DNA of 63,991 nt, filler included, from Lama guanicoe (GCA_013239625.1; 75 parts of 75 records of this genome joined end to end with filler, not necessarily neighbours in it); one strand, 5' to 3'; counted from the whole stretch's first letter, positions 1 through 12,378 are shown. Notes: generated by a model not told the origin, from the letters alone. Numbers and translations: made by a program.

Positions 1-429
1 CTCTCCATCTCAGCTGCTTCCCGCCCTTCAGAGGTGCACAACCCCCTTTCGCTTCCATCTTTGCTTCCAATTCTCTCCAAATTGATACCCACGTTTGATC
101 CGACTCCTATCAAAGTGCTGTCAAGATTTCTTTGTAGATAACGAGTATTTTAAAATTTCCATTAAAAAAGGCACTACAATAGCTAAAACAATGTTTAAAA
201 CAAGTTATCTGCCTGCCTAAGTGTAGCTATCATCATATAGCTATAGTCAGCAGGACGATGCGGTGTTGGCAGATACAGTGTAAAATGCAGAGCTGTAAAG
301 CCTTCAGGGAAAAAAACCCAGGATACTATCTTTGGGAACAAGGGCTAATACATCCTGAGAACTGTCACCAAAAGGTAGATACAGAAAAGAAAATTGGACC
401 TCATCTAAAGTAAAACCTTAAAAAAAATT

Positions 430-549
430 GTTTCTTGATGAGAAAGTTACTTAGATTTATTTACTCATATATTACTGTTTAACGGAGGTGCTGGGGATTG
501 AACTCAGATTGTCTCCCTGCATGCTTAGTACGCAGGGAGACAATCTGAG
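430..549 (-). mobile_element. Camelid-type tRNA-derived SINE (Vic-1-like), partial
   Basis: ggaggtgctggggattgaactcag...tgcatgcttagtacgca is the reverse complement of the camelid SINE body (GTTCAATCCCCAGCACCTCC box-B region). The A-rich tail aaataaatctaagtaac follows on the minus strand. Confidence 0.65.
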
Positions 550-564
550 AGTCCTCAACTGACT

Positions 565-784
565 AAAGACAGAGTTCCCATAGGACCCAGCAGTTCCCCC
601 NNNNNNNNNNNNNNNNNNNNNNNNNNNNNNNNNAGTTCCCCCGCTAGGGACGCACCCAAGAGCAATGAAACATACGTCCACACAAAAACTTGCACGTGAG
701 TGTTCACAGCATCTTTGCCTGTAACAGCCAAAAGCTGGAACAACACATTTCTTTCAACAGGTGAATGGACAAATAAGCTTTGAT
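565..784 (+). mobile_element. Old L1 (L1MB/MC-like) ORF2 3' end fragment
   Basis: gacccagcagttcc...atgaaacatacgtccacacaaaaacttgcacgtgagtgttcacagca...acaggtgaatggacaaataa matches the typical L1M 3' region. Confidence 0.75.
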
Positions 785-884
785 NNNNNNNNNNNNNNNN
801 NNNNNNNNNNNNNNNNNNNNNNNNNNNNTTAATTAATTAANNNNNNNNNNNNNNNNNNNNNNNNNNNNNNNNNNNNNNNNNNNN
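785..884. other. Artificial scaffold-joining linker N44-TTAATTAATTAA-N44 (first of 74 copies; last core at 63506)
   Basis: The same 12-mer, with TAA stops in all six frames, is flanked by 44 N on each side. It recurs every ~0.3-1.9 kb between unrelated sequences. Confidence 0.98.
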
Positions 885-1800
885 TTCTTGATTCAGTATT
901 GGAAGACATATGTTACTGGATATTTGTCTTTTATTCTAAGTCATTGAAATCGTTAGCTTGTGTTAATTTCTAATGAAGCTTTGCATCTCTATAACATCAT
1001 TGGTAAAATCTTCTCTTTTACTTATCATTTTATTTGAGTCTTTATTTCCTTATCCAACCTAAAATTTGTCCACTTTATGTTTAAAAGAAACAGTCTTAGG
1101 TTTTTTTTTATCTTTTCAAATGTTTCTCTTGTTAATTTCCTTACTCACATTCATTCAATTTTCTTCTTTATTCTTTCTGTTTTCTCCTAGATTCTTGAAG
1201 TTAAAAGTTAAGTAGTGTGAATCTTTGTATATCATTTACTACTAAATAGTTTTTATTTAGATATTATTTATTTATTTAGTTATTTAGTTAGTTAGTTATT
1301 TATATATTTACATATTTATTAATTTATTTATCATTGAAGTACATTGAAGTACTGCCATTTACTATGTGTCAATCTGTGATGTATAGCACTGTGTTCCCGT
1401 ACATGCATACATTTGTGGGCCTATTAAATGATTCTTCAAGATATGTAACTTACTGCCCTGTGTCATACACATGAAATTTTGAAAAAATCTATTTTATATA
1501 TAGTGAATAACATTTATAAATCTACATCTCCCAAATATATCCTCTCACAGCCCCTTTCCACAATAATCATAAAATTGTTTAGTAGATCTGCGAGTGTGCT
1601 TCAGTTTTGTAGATGAAATCATTGTGTTCTCATCCAACTTTTTTTAAGGATCCACATGTTTCATGTCATGTATTATTTTTCTTTCTCTTTCTGGCTTACT
1701 TCAATTAGAATGACAAATATTGGGGACATACATTTTGCTGCAAATGTCATTGTTCTATCATTTTTTATTGCAGAATATTTTTCCATTGTGTAAATACGGC
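885..1800 (-). mobile_element. LINE-1 fragments: degenerate ORF2 piece (885-~1250) plus an L1 3' UTR with AT-rich tail (~1250-1800)
   Basis: Minus-strand L1 motifs ttctctttctggcttacttca, gcaaatgtcattgttctatca and ttgaagta...atgtgtcaat, with a ttatt-rich tail. Confidence 0.75.
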
Positions 1801-1900
1801 NNNNNNNNNNNNNNNNNNNNNNNNNNNNNNNNNNNNNNNNNNNNTTAATTAATTAANNNNNNNNNNNNNNNNNNNNNNNNNNNNNNNNNNNNNNNNNNNN

Positions 1901-2639
1901 CTATATTCTGAGTTCTGCATTCAATGTTTTATATTCTGGGTGATGTATTTAGAAAACTATTTTTTATACTCTGTGTTCTGCATTCTAATTTCTACATTTT
2001 ATTACTTTATACTGTAATCTATATCCTGTGTTCTGAATTCCATGTCGTTAATTCTGGTTTCTGCATTCTGTTTTCTATATTCTATACGATATATTATGTA
2101 TTCTGTATTCTACATTCTATTTTATGTATATTGTAACCTATATTCTAAACTCTGTGTTCTGAATTCCCATGTTCTTAATGCTGTGTTCTGTATTCTGAAT
2201 TCTATATTCTATATACTTTGTTCTACATTCTGTATTCTTCATTCAATATTCTGTATCCTATATTCTATTTTCTGTGTCTACATTCTATATTCTTCATTCT
2301 ATTTCGTATTCTATATTCTATATTCTGTGTTCTAATTTCCATGTTCAAAATACTGCGTTCTGCATTCTGTATTCTATATGCTATAATTGTTATTCTACAT
2401 TCTATATTCTACATTGTATTTTCTGTATTCTTTTTTATTTTTATAAATTCTCTGTTCTGCATTCCGTGTTCTAAATTCTGGGTTCTGTATTCTATATTCT
2501 AACTTCTCTATTCTGTTTTCTAAATTCACTACATTCTATGTATACTGTACTCTATGATCTGTGTTTTTCATTCTGTATCCTACACTCAACATTCTGTATA
2601 CTGTATTCTATATTCTAAATTCCGGGTTCTACATTCTAT
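1901..2639. repeat. Satellite A: AT-rich 7-bp-periodic (TATTCTA/TAGAATA) satellite
   Basis: Degenerate tattcta/tgttcta/aattctg heptamers throughout. Confidence 0.92.
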
Positions 2640-2739
2640 NNNNNNNNNNNNNNNNNNNNNNNNNNNNNNNNNNNNNNNNNNNNTTAATTAATTAANNNNN
2701 NNNNNNNNNNNNNNNNNNNNNNNNNNNNNNNNNNNNNNN

Positions 2740-3686
2740 TGTTCTAAATTCTATATTCAGTTTTCTGTATACTATATTCTAAATTCTGAGTTCTGCATTC
2801 CATGCTCTAAATCCTATATTCAGTATTCTTTATTATATATTCTATATTCTGTGTTGTGACTTCTATGTTCTAAATTCTATATTCAGTGTTCTGTATTCTA
2901 TATTCTATATTTTGTGTTCTGCATTCCAGGTTCTAAAGTATATATTCAGTATTCTCTATTCTGTATTCTAAATTCTGTGTTCTGCATTCCAGATTCTAAA
3001 TTATATTTTCAGTATTCTGTATTCTATATACTAAACTCTATTCCTCATTCTATGTTCTAAATTTTGTGTTCTGCAGTCTATGTTCTTAATTCTATATTTA
3101 TTATTCTGTATTCTTTATTCCAAATTCTGTGTTCTGCATTCCATGTTCTAAATTCTGAGTTCTATATACTCTTTTCAATATTCTATATACTGTGTACTTC
3201 ATTCTGTTTTGTAAATTCTATATTCTGCATTCGTTAACTTATATTATAAATTCTGTGTTTTATATTCTATATTCTATATTCTCTATTCAGTATTCTGTAT
3301 TCTATATTCTAAATTCTGTGTTCTGCATTCCATGTTCTAAATTTTGGCTTCTGTATTCTGTTTTCCATATTCTATATTCTGATTTCTACATTCTATATTC
3401 TGTATACTAAACTGTGCATTCTGTTTTCCATATTCTATATTCTGTTTTCAACATTCTATATTTTGTTTCCTAAATTCTATAGTCTGTATCCTAAATTCTT
3501 TACTCTGTATTCTATATTCTATATTCTGTTACTACATTCTTTATTTTATATTCTATATTCAGAATTCTGTATTCTATATTCTAAATTCTGTGTTTTGCAT
3601 TCCATGTTCTAAATTCATGTTTCTATATTCTCTCGCTTATATTCTATATTTTGTGTTCTTTATTCTATATTCTACATTCTATATTC
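2740..3686. repeat. Satellite A (heptamer-based)
   Basis: Recurrent tattctatattctaaattctgtgttctgcattccatgttctaaattc block. Confidence 0.95.
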
Positions 3687-3786
3687 NNNNNNNNNNNNNN
3701 NNNNNNNNNNNNNNNNNNNNNNNNNNNNNNTTAATTAATTAANNNNNNNNNNNNNNNNNNNNNNNNNNNNNNNNNNNNNNNNNNNN

Positions 3787-4370
3787 CACTAACTGTTAGA
3801 GAAATGAAAATCAAAATTGCAGTGAGATATCACCTGAATGATAATGGCCATCATGAAAAAGGCCACAATGATAAATGCTGGAGAGCATGTGGAGAAAAAG
3901 GAAACTTCCTACACTGCTGGTGGGAATGTAAATTGGTGCAGCCACTATGGAGGACAGTATGGGGGTTCCTCAAAAAAACTAAAAATGAACTTACCATATG
4001 AACCAGCAGTCCCACTCCTGGACAAATATCTGGAGAAAAAAATATAATTCGAAAAGACACATGTATCACAACGTTCACAGCAGCACTACTAACAATAGCC
4101 AAGACATGGAAACAACCTAAATGTCCTCTGACAGATGACTGGGTAAAGAAGTTGTGGTACGTATATGCAGTAGAATACTACTCAGCCATAAAAAAGAATA
4201 AAATAATGCAAATAATGCCATTTGCAGCAACATGGATAGACCTAGAGATTGTCATTCTAAGTGAAGTAAGCCAGAAAGAGAAACAAAAATACTATATGAT
4301 AGTGCTTATTTGTGGAATCTGAAAAAAAGGACACAAATGAACTTATCTACCAAACAGAAACAGACTCACA
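3787..4370 (+). mobile_element. LINE-1 ORF2 C-terminus and start of 3' UTR
   Basis: Translates to [35 protein letters not shown], the L1 ORF2 cysteine-rich region. Confidence 0.95.
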
Positions 4371-5391
4371 NNNNNNNNNNNNNNNNNNNNNNNNNNNNNN
4401 NNNNNNNNNNNNNNTTAATTAATTAANNNNNNNNNNNNNNNNNNNNNNNNNNNNNNNNNNNNNNNNNNNNAGAGGAGTAACAAACGCAAAAGGGATGACA
4501 TGGCAGGAAAGAGCTGGACATCTGTGAGGCAACGTGTCCTTATGCACCAAATGCATTAAACAGCCTGGTCCCTGTCATACTCATGTTGACTTTGTCTATG
4601 AAGCACGTATCACACTGCACAGCTGCTTGGTAACAATGAGTGTTTACCTGCAATACGGAGAGCTCTCTGAAAGTGCGTCCATCAATGGTCTGATGATAAA
4701 CTAAAAAAAAAAAAAAAGGGGAAAACAGTATTTGGTGTTGAGTTGTAACTGTAATTTTGAAAAGTCAGCCTGCCCCACCCGCACATCCTACACAGGCTAC
4801 AGAAGAGCCGTTATAAGCAAAGCTCAACTCTTCTGCTGGAGGTTAGCTTATGACAGCCTTGGAGGACATCTAAATTCCACCAGAATGACAAAACACCTAA
4901 CTTCCCCACCTGATAAAAACCTACAGAACAATGAGAAGACAATACACATTAAGAAGGAAGGAAGGAATCCAAAGGAGAGACACATGGTGGAAAATGTGGA
5001 AGTCTATCCTCAAAACTATCACTAGACAAAAGCAAGCTCACAGGAGAGCAAGAGGTGGAGAATGGAGGGAATGATGCCTAGTCCAGCACTGTCCACACAG
5101 TGGGACGATGAGGGAAGTTTACTCAGGCTCCCTCTAAAGGAGAGCTCAATTACTATCCCCAACTCAGTGACCGATGACTCACAGGTACCATAATATAAAA
5201 CGTGAAAGCACAGCTGTGATTGTCACAATCTCTTTGCTTTGGGTGCTTTCTGACAAATGGAAGTGTAGACCCTAATAACACAGCTCAAAAGNNNNNNNNN
5301 NNNNNNNNNNNNNNNNNNNNNNNNNNNNNNNNNNNTTAATTAATTAANNNNNNNNNNNNNNNNNNNNNNNNNNNNNNNNNNNNNNNNNNNN

Positions 5392-6111
5392 AAAGTTTCT
5401 TTTCAGTTGCCAACTCCAATCCATACAAATATAAGGGGAGATACAAACTCCAACTCGGGTTTGCAGTGAAAACGGCAGGCACTTCAAACCGGCACTAGGA
5501 AACAGACTGAGAAACCAGAGTAAGTGTTTCTCCTGCAACCCGTTCCCTTTGTGCTGGATGAACGAACGTCTCTCCACATGCTCAGTTCTAATAAGTGTGT
5601 GTGAAAGCCGTCCTTCACCTAGCTTGAAGGGAACACAAAGTTCCTTTTCATTTGCCAACTCCACTCCATACATATATATGGGGAGGTACAAGCTCCAACT
5701 CGGTTTTACAGTGAAAACGGCAGGCACTTCAAACGGGCACTAGGAAACAGACTAAGGAACCAAAGTTATTGATTCTCCTGCAACCGGTTCCCTTTGTGCT
5801 TAATGAAAGAAAGTTTCTCCACATGCTCAGTTCTGAGAGATAAGTGTGTGTGAAAGCCGTCCTTCACCTAGCTTGAAGGGAACACAAAGTTTCTTTTCAG
5901 TTGCCAACTCCACTCCCTACATATATATGGGGAGGTNNNNNNNNNNNNNNNNNNNNNNNNNNNNNNNNNNNNNNNNNNNNNNNNNNNNNNNNNNNNNNNN
6001 NNNNNNNNNNNNNNNNNNNNNNNNNNNNNCGTTCCCTTTGTGCTGCATGAAAGAACGTATCCCCACATGCTCATTACTGAGAGATAAGTGTGTGTGAAAG
6101 CCGTCCTTCAC
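5392..6111 (+). repeat. Satellite B: ~249-bp tandem satellite
   Basis: Same monomer as 6722-7615 (gggaacacaaagtttcttttcagttgc...catatatatggggaggtacaagctccaactcgg). Confidence 0.95.
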
Positions 6112-6549
6112 NNNNNNNNNNNNNNNNNNNNNNNNNNNNNNNNNNNNNNNNNNNNTTAATTAATTAANNNNNNNNNNNNNNNNNNNNNNNNNNNNNNNNN
6201 NNNNNNNNNNNTTGCTCTTTTGGAGATGTACCATTTGCTGGGGATTTTGCATTTATTATCTCTGATTGAATAATACCATTCCCACTGTACAGATTAGAAG
6301 ACTGAGGCAAAAAAAANNNNNNNNNNNNNNNNNNNNNNNNNNNNNNNNNNNNNNNNNNNNNNNNNNNNNNNNNNNNNNNNNNNNNNNNNNNNNNNNNNNN
6401 NNNNNNNNNNNNNNNNNNNNNNNNNNNNNNNNNNNNNNNNNNNNNNNNNNNNNNNNNNNNNNNNNNNNNNNNNNNNNNNNNNNNNNNNNNNNNNNNNNNN
6501 NNNNNNNNNNNNNNNNNNNNNNNNNNNNNNNNNNNNNNNNNNNNNNNNT

Positions 6550-6621
6550 AAATAATGCCATTTTCAGCAACATAGATGGACCTAGAGATCGTCATTCTGA
6601 GTGAAGTAAGCCAGAAAGAGA
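6550..6621 (+). mobile_element. LINE-1 3' fragment
   Basis: aataatgccattttcagcaacatagatggacctagagatcgtcattctgagtgaagtaagccag; same region as 4210-4280. Confidence 0.85.
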
Positions 6622-6721
6622 NNNNNNNNNNNNNNNNNNNNNNNNNNNNNNNNNNNNNNNNNNNNTTAATTAATTAANNNNNNNNNNNNNNNNNNNNNNN
6701 NNNNNNNNNNNNNNNNNNNNN

Positions 6722-7615
6722 ACATATATATGGGGAGGAACAAGCTCCAACTCTGTTTTACAGTGCAAACCGCAGGAACTTCAAACCGGCACTAGGAAAC
6801 GGACTGAGAATCCAGAGTAAGGGTTTCTCCTGCAACCCGTTCCCTTTGTGCTGGATAAACGAAAGTCTCTCCACATGCTCAGTTCTGAGAGATAAGTGTG
6901 TGTGAAAGCCGTCCTTCACCTAGCTTGAAGGGAACACAAAGTTTCTTTTCAGTTGCAAACTCCACACCATATATATATATGGGGAGGTACAAGCTCCAAC
7001 TCGGTTTTACAGTGCAAACCGCAGGAACTTCAAACTGGCACAAGGAAACAGTTTGAGAAACCAGAGTAAGTGTTTCTCCTGCAACCCGTTCCCTTTTTGC
7101 TGGATGAACGAACGTCTCTCCACATGCTCAGTTCTGAGAGATAAGTGTGTGTGAAAGCCGTCCTTCACCTAGCTTGAAGGGAACACAAAGTTTCTTCTCA
7201 GTTGCAAATTCCAAACCATACATATATATGGGGAGGTATAAGCACCAACCCGGTTTTACAGTGCAAAACGCAGGAACATCAAACCGGCTCTAGGAAACAG
7301 TTTGAGAATCCAGAGTAAGTGTATGTCCTGCAACCCGTTCCCTTTGAGCTGGATGAACGAACGTCGCTCCACATGCTCAGTTCTGAGAGTTAAGTGTGTG
7401 TGAAAGCCGTCCTTCACCTAGCTTGAAGGGAACACAAAGTTTCTTCTCAGTTGCAAATTCCAAACCATACATATATATGGGGAGGAACAAACTCCAAATC
7501 GGTTTTACAGTGCAAACCGCAGGAACTTCAAACAGGCACTAGGAAACAGACTGACAAACCAGAGTAAGTATTTCTCTTGCAACCCGTTCCCTTTGTGCTG
7601 GATGAACGAACGTCT
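6722..7615 (+). repeat. Satellite B, ~3.6 monomers of exactly 249 bp
   Basis: Anchor ggggagg at 6732, 6981, 7230 and 7479 (spacing 249). Confidence 0.97.
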
Positions 7616-8442
7616 NNNNNNNNNNNNNNNNNNNNNNNNNNNNNNNNNNNNNNNNNNNNTTAATTAATTAANNNNNNNNNNNNNNNNNNNNNNNNNNNNN
7701 NNNNNNNNNNNNNNNGCAGCCCTTCCCGTGACAAGGGGGTCTCTCTGGCCCTGCACTCCCAGGAAAGCTCACTTCACGGTGAAGCTGGGTGTCCAATGGG
7801 TACCGCTGGCAAAAGGTCCCAGGGCAGGGTCAGCCACTGCACTTAGTCAGACTTAAAGGGACACCGATGCCAAGAGCAGCCCTTGTCAGCCCAGATGAGA
7901 GAAAAATGCCTGCTTTTGGGGGAAGTGGTGTCCCAGGCTGGGGGAGCCAAGAGCCGGGGCCTTAGTCCCACTCTCTGAGCATGAGATACAAAGCAGGCAC
8001 CTAGTCAACAAGTCAGAAAGCCCATCTCACACCATCGAGACGGGTCCAGCTCTTCCCGGTTCATCCTGAGTGTGTTCTTCTCTAGCTGAGTAGCTACTCG
8101 TAACCGGAAGATCTTAAACCAGAAGGCCCGGGGTAGATGCAACCCAGGGACCAGCTGGCCTGGTCNNNNNNNNNNNNNNNNNNNNNNNNNNNNNNNNNNN
8201 NNNNNNNNNTTAATTAATTAANNNNNNNNNNNNNNNNNNNNNNNNNNNNNNNNNNNNNNNNNNNNCCTCCACCTGACTTGCAGCGAGGTGGGCACGGTGC
8301 TCCATTTCAGAGCCTGGTGTGCTGAGCTACCCGTCATCCCCTGGTAGGTCCCTGGTAGAGCCCTGGGTGAAGTCTGGGTCGGAGGCCTGCCCCACTGGTT
8401 TGTGGGCCATGGCTGTGGGGACCCCTCCATATCCAGACACAC

Positions 8443-8550
8443 CTGGAGACTGCGCTGGCCCTCAGAAGAGTGGCACAACAGCCCTTCACTTGGGGAGGGT
8501 GCTTTGGTGTTCTTTTTCATCAGCTTCGGTTCAGTATGTGGTATCTGGCT
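8443..8550 (-). CDS. Candidate second exon SQIPHTEPKLMKKNTKAPSPSEGLLCHSSEGQRSLQ (36 codons)
   Basis: Acceptor ttcactgtcattgcag| and donor cag|gtgtgt. It is 108 bp, phase 0 at both ends, open, and in frame with the upstream exon on the same scaffold. Confidence 0.35.
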
Positions 8551-8949
8551 CTGCAATGACAGTGAACAGCAGCTGACCCAGCCTGGAAGTCTCAGAGCCC
8601 TGCCCGGTCAGGAACACTCCTGATTCTGTCCACTCGACCCTCTGCTGCCAGATTAGACNNNNNNNNNNNNNNNNNNNNNNNNNNNNNNNNNNNNNNNNNN
8701 NNNNNNNNNNNNNNNNNNNNNNNNNNNNNNNNNNNNNNNNNNNNNNNNNNNNNNNNNNNNNNNNNNNNNNNNNNNNNNNNNNNNNNNNNNNNNNNNNNNN
8801 NNNNNNNNNNNNNNNNNNNNNNNNNNNNNNNNNNNNNNNNNNNNNNNNNNNNNNNCCTCCACCAGCAGGACGGGGCCGTGGGGCTACCTGGGTGGGATCT
8901 GAGTGGTGGCCCGGCCTGGGCGTGCCTGCCCTGGGCCTCCCTGTGTTAC

Positions 8950-9084
8950 CTTTGGGTCTCTCTGGCCAAAAGGCCAGAGGCCCCTTGAGTGAGACCTGAC
9001 CCAGCGCCGGCAGCATTGGTAGAGCACCTCACTGCAGGCTTTCCGGGGGCTGCGGCCTCGGGATATTGGGATGCAACATAACAT
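8950..9084 (-). CDS. Candidate first coding exon MLCCIPISRGRSPRKACSEVLYQCCRRWVRSHSRGLWPFGQRDPK (45 codons)
   Basis: ATG at 9084 and donor AAG|GTAAC at 8950/8949, phase 0. From memory, the peptide resembles the M-x-CC...RG...LWPF N-terminus of lineage-expanded RalGDS-like proteins; this is not verified. Confidence 0.45.
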
Positions 9085-9228
9085 GCCTCTGTCTCCAACC
9101 AGGTGAGCTGAATAGGGGCTTCTATACANNNNNNNNNNNNNNNNNNNNNNNNNNNNNNNNNNNNNNNNNNNNTTAATTAATTAANNNNNNNNNNNNNNNN
9201 NNNNNNNNNNNNNNNNNNNNNNNNNNNN

Positions 9229-9943
9229 CTAGGTGAAGGACGGCTTTCATACACACTTATCTCTCAAAACTGAGCATATGGATTGATTTTCGTTCATCCA
9301 GAACAAAGGGAACGGTTTGCAGGAGAAACACTTACTCTGGTTTCTCAGTGTGTTTCCTAGTCCCGGTTTGAAGTGCCTGCCGTTTTCACTGTAAAACCGA
9401 GTTTGAGCTTGTACCTCCCCATATATATGTATGGAGTGGAGTTTGCAACTGAAAAGAAACTTTGTGTTCCCTTCAAGTTAGGTGAAGAACGGCTTTCACA
9501 CACACTTTTCTCTCAACATGTGGAGAGACGTTCGTTCATCCAGCAGAAATGGAACGGGTTGCAGGAGAAACACTTACTCTGGTTTCTCAGGGTGTCTCCT
9601 AGTGCCGGTTTGAAGTTCCTGCGGTTTTCACTGTAAAACCCAGTTGGAGCTTGTACCTCCCCATATATATGTATGGAATGGAGTTTGCCACTGAAATGGA
9701 ACTTTGTTTTCCGTTCAAACTAAGTCAAGGAAGGCGTTCACACACACTTATCTCTCAGAACTGAGCATGTGGGGAGACATTTGTTCATTCAGGACAAAGG
9801 GAATGGGTTGCAGGATATAAAATTACTCTCTTTCTCAGTCTGTTTTCTAGTGCCGGTTTGAAGTTCCTGCGGTTTTCACTCTATAACCGACTTTGAGCTT
9901 GTACCTCTCCATATATATGTATGCAGTGGAGTTTGCAACTGAA
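9229..9943 (-). repeat. Satellite B (249-bp), reverse orientation
   Basis: Reverse complement of the 6722-7615 monomer, ~3 copies. Confidence 0.95.
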
Positions 9944-11094
9944 NNNNNNNNNNNNNNNNNNNNNNNNNNNNNNNNNNNNNNNNNNNNTTAATTAATTAAN
10001 NNNNNNNNNNNNNNNNNNNNNNNNNNNNNNNNNNNNNNNNNNNGTGGTTTTGCACCTGTAGGTCATTTGCAACCATGTCATCGACCTAGGAGTAAGACCC
10101 AACCTAACATCTGCGGGGCGAAAAGCACTGCGGTGCTTCCGAACCAACAGAGAACACTGAGCTTTGTGAAACAGTCCTGAGGCACTTAAATCATACTTTT
10201 TCTGAAATGCTCCAAAACTGACCCACTTCACCATTCCAGGTNNNNNNNNNNNNNNNNNNNNNNNNNNNNNNNNNNNNNNNNNNNNNNNNNNNNNNNNNNN
10301 NNNNNNNNNNNNNNNNNNNNNNNNNNNNNNNNNNNNNNNNNNNNNNNNNNNNNNNNNNNNNNNNNNNNNNNNNNNNNNNNNNNNNNNNNNNNNNNNNNNN
10401 NNNNNNNNNNNNNNNNNNNNNNNNNNNNNNNNNNNNNNNNNNNNNNNNNNNNNNNNNNNNNNNNNNNNNNNNNNNNNNNNNNNNNNNNNNNNNNNNNNNN
10501 NNNNNNNNNNNNNNNNNNNNNNNNNNNNNNNNNNNNNNNNNNNNNNNNNNNNNNNNNNNNNNNNNNNNNNNNNNNNNNNNNNNNNNNNNNNNNNNNNNNN
10601 NNNNNNNNNNNNNNNNNNNNNNNNNNNNNNNNNNNTGGGTATTTTCTATTTTGCAGGGAGAGTATTCGAGAACTTTCCAAGCACCATTCTCCAGGTTGGC
10701 TCCCCTCACAGCGCCCATCCCTTCTCACCTCAGATACTTTGTATGATTGCCTTCTGTTCATGGGAAAGCAAGTCCGATAGGGTGGGACTCCATAGGCTTC
10801 CCTCCCTCCCTCACAGGTGAGTGTGATTACCTTGTCCCCACTCCAAATCCAGCTTCTAAGAAGTCTACTCTCCCGGACCCTGCAGCCTCTGCACCTTCCC
10901 AAGGCACACACATAGCCACGACCCTCCCTTCAGATTTCTTCCTGGCTGGCCCTGCCCACCGCCCGGCCCCTTAAGGATAAACGCCATTAGTCGAAAAATC
11001 GCAAATGCCGCTGACTGACACAGCAAAGCTGCATGGTCTGGGCTTTCCTCCAAACCAGGCACAGCCCTGCCCCCCACAGCCTAATTCTGCACCT

Positions 11095-11350
11095 CTCGAG
11101 ATGATCTAATTCACATGCAAGGCTGTGAACACCAGCTAAGAATGACGACTCCCAAAGTGTGTCTCTAGTCCGGCTCCTTCACCTGAGCCCCAGTCTCATA
11201 GACACCAGTGTCTCTTTGAAGTCCTAACTTGGATGACAAATGGCACCTTAAAAATGCCTCATGTCCACCATTTACTCTGGAATTCGATTCCTGACATGTA
11301 CCTCCCAGACTCCCCATTTTAGTAACAGCCCCAGCACCCACCTGTGTTTG
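11095..11350 (+). mobile_element. L2 LINE remnant
   Basis: gatgatctaattcac...gacgactcccaaagtgtgtctctagtcc...cttggatgacaaatggcaccttaaa resembles the L2 3' region. Confidence 0.65.
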
Positions 11351-11491
11351 AGGTCACATTCAATTTCCCCTGTTCCCTCCCCCCGGCCCTGNNNNNNNNN
11401 NNNNNNNNNNNNNNNNNNNNNNNNNNNNNNNNNNNTTAATTAATTAANNNNNNNNNNNNNNNNNNNNNNNNNNNNNNNNNNNNNNNNNNNN

Positions 11492-12278
11492 TATATTCTA
11501 CATTCTGTATCCTATATTCTATATTCTGGTTTCTACATTCTATATCCTTAGTTCAATATTCTGCATTCTGTATTCTTTATTCTAAATTCTGTGTTCTACA
11601 TTCCATGTTCTAAATTCTGTGTTCTATATTCTCTATTCTATATTCTATATTTTGCGTTCATCATTCTATATTCTATATTCTGAATTCCGTAGGCTATACT
11701 CTATATTGTGTGTTCTGCATTTTATATTCTAAATTCTATATTCAGTATTCTGTATTCTATATTCTNNNNNNNNNNNNNNNNNNNNNNNNNNNNNNNNNNN
11801 NNNNNNNNNNNNNNNNNNNNNNNNNNNNNNNNNNNNNNNNNNNNNNNNNNNNNNNNNNNNNNNNNNNNNNNNNNNNNNNNNNNNNNNNNNNNNNNNNNNN
11901 NNNNNNNNNNNNNNNNNNNNNNNNNNNNNNNNNNNNNNNNNNNNNNNNNNNNNNNNNNNNNNNNNNNNNNNNNNNNNNNNNNNNNNNNNNNNNNNNNNNN
12001 NNNNNNNNNNNNNNNNNNNNNNNNNNNNNNNNNNNNNNNNNNNNNNNNNNNNNNNNNNNNNNNNNNNNNNNNNNNNNNNNNNNNNNNNNNNNNNNNNNNN
12101 NNNNNNNNNNNNNNNNNNNNNNNNNNNNNNNNNNNNNNNNNNNNNNNNNNNNNNNNNNNNNNNNNNNATTCTGGGTTTTCTCTATTCTATACTCTATATT
12201 ATTTGTTCATCATTCTATATTATATATTATATATACTGCATTTCGTAGTCTATATTCTATATTCTGTGTTCTATATTC
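11492..12278. repeat. Satellite A (with internal gap)
   Basis: tattcta heptamers. Confidence 0.93.
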
Positions 12279-12378
12279 NNNNNNNNNNNNNNNNNNNNNN
12301 NNNNNNNNNNNNNNNNNNNNNNTTAATTAATTAANNNNNNNNNNNNNNNNNNNNNNNNNNNNNNNNNNNNNNNNNNNN

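Noticed and set aside
592..642. agttccccc repeated on both sides of a gap
   Set aside because: Most likely overlapping contig ends left unmerged, not a target-site duplication.
1924..3410. Hydrophobic F/Y/I/L/S-rich ORFs (also 18782, 51972, 55777 and others) resembling membrane proteins
   Set aside because: These are translations of the heptamer satellite, whose T-rich strand has few stop codons.
8031..8112. Possible minus-strand exon IFRLRVATQLEKNTLRMNREELDPSRW
   Set aside because: Weak acceptor, no recognised homology, and a different scaffold from the 8266-9128 candidate.
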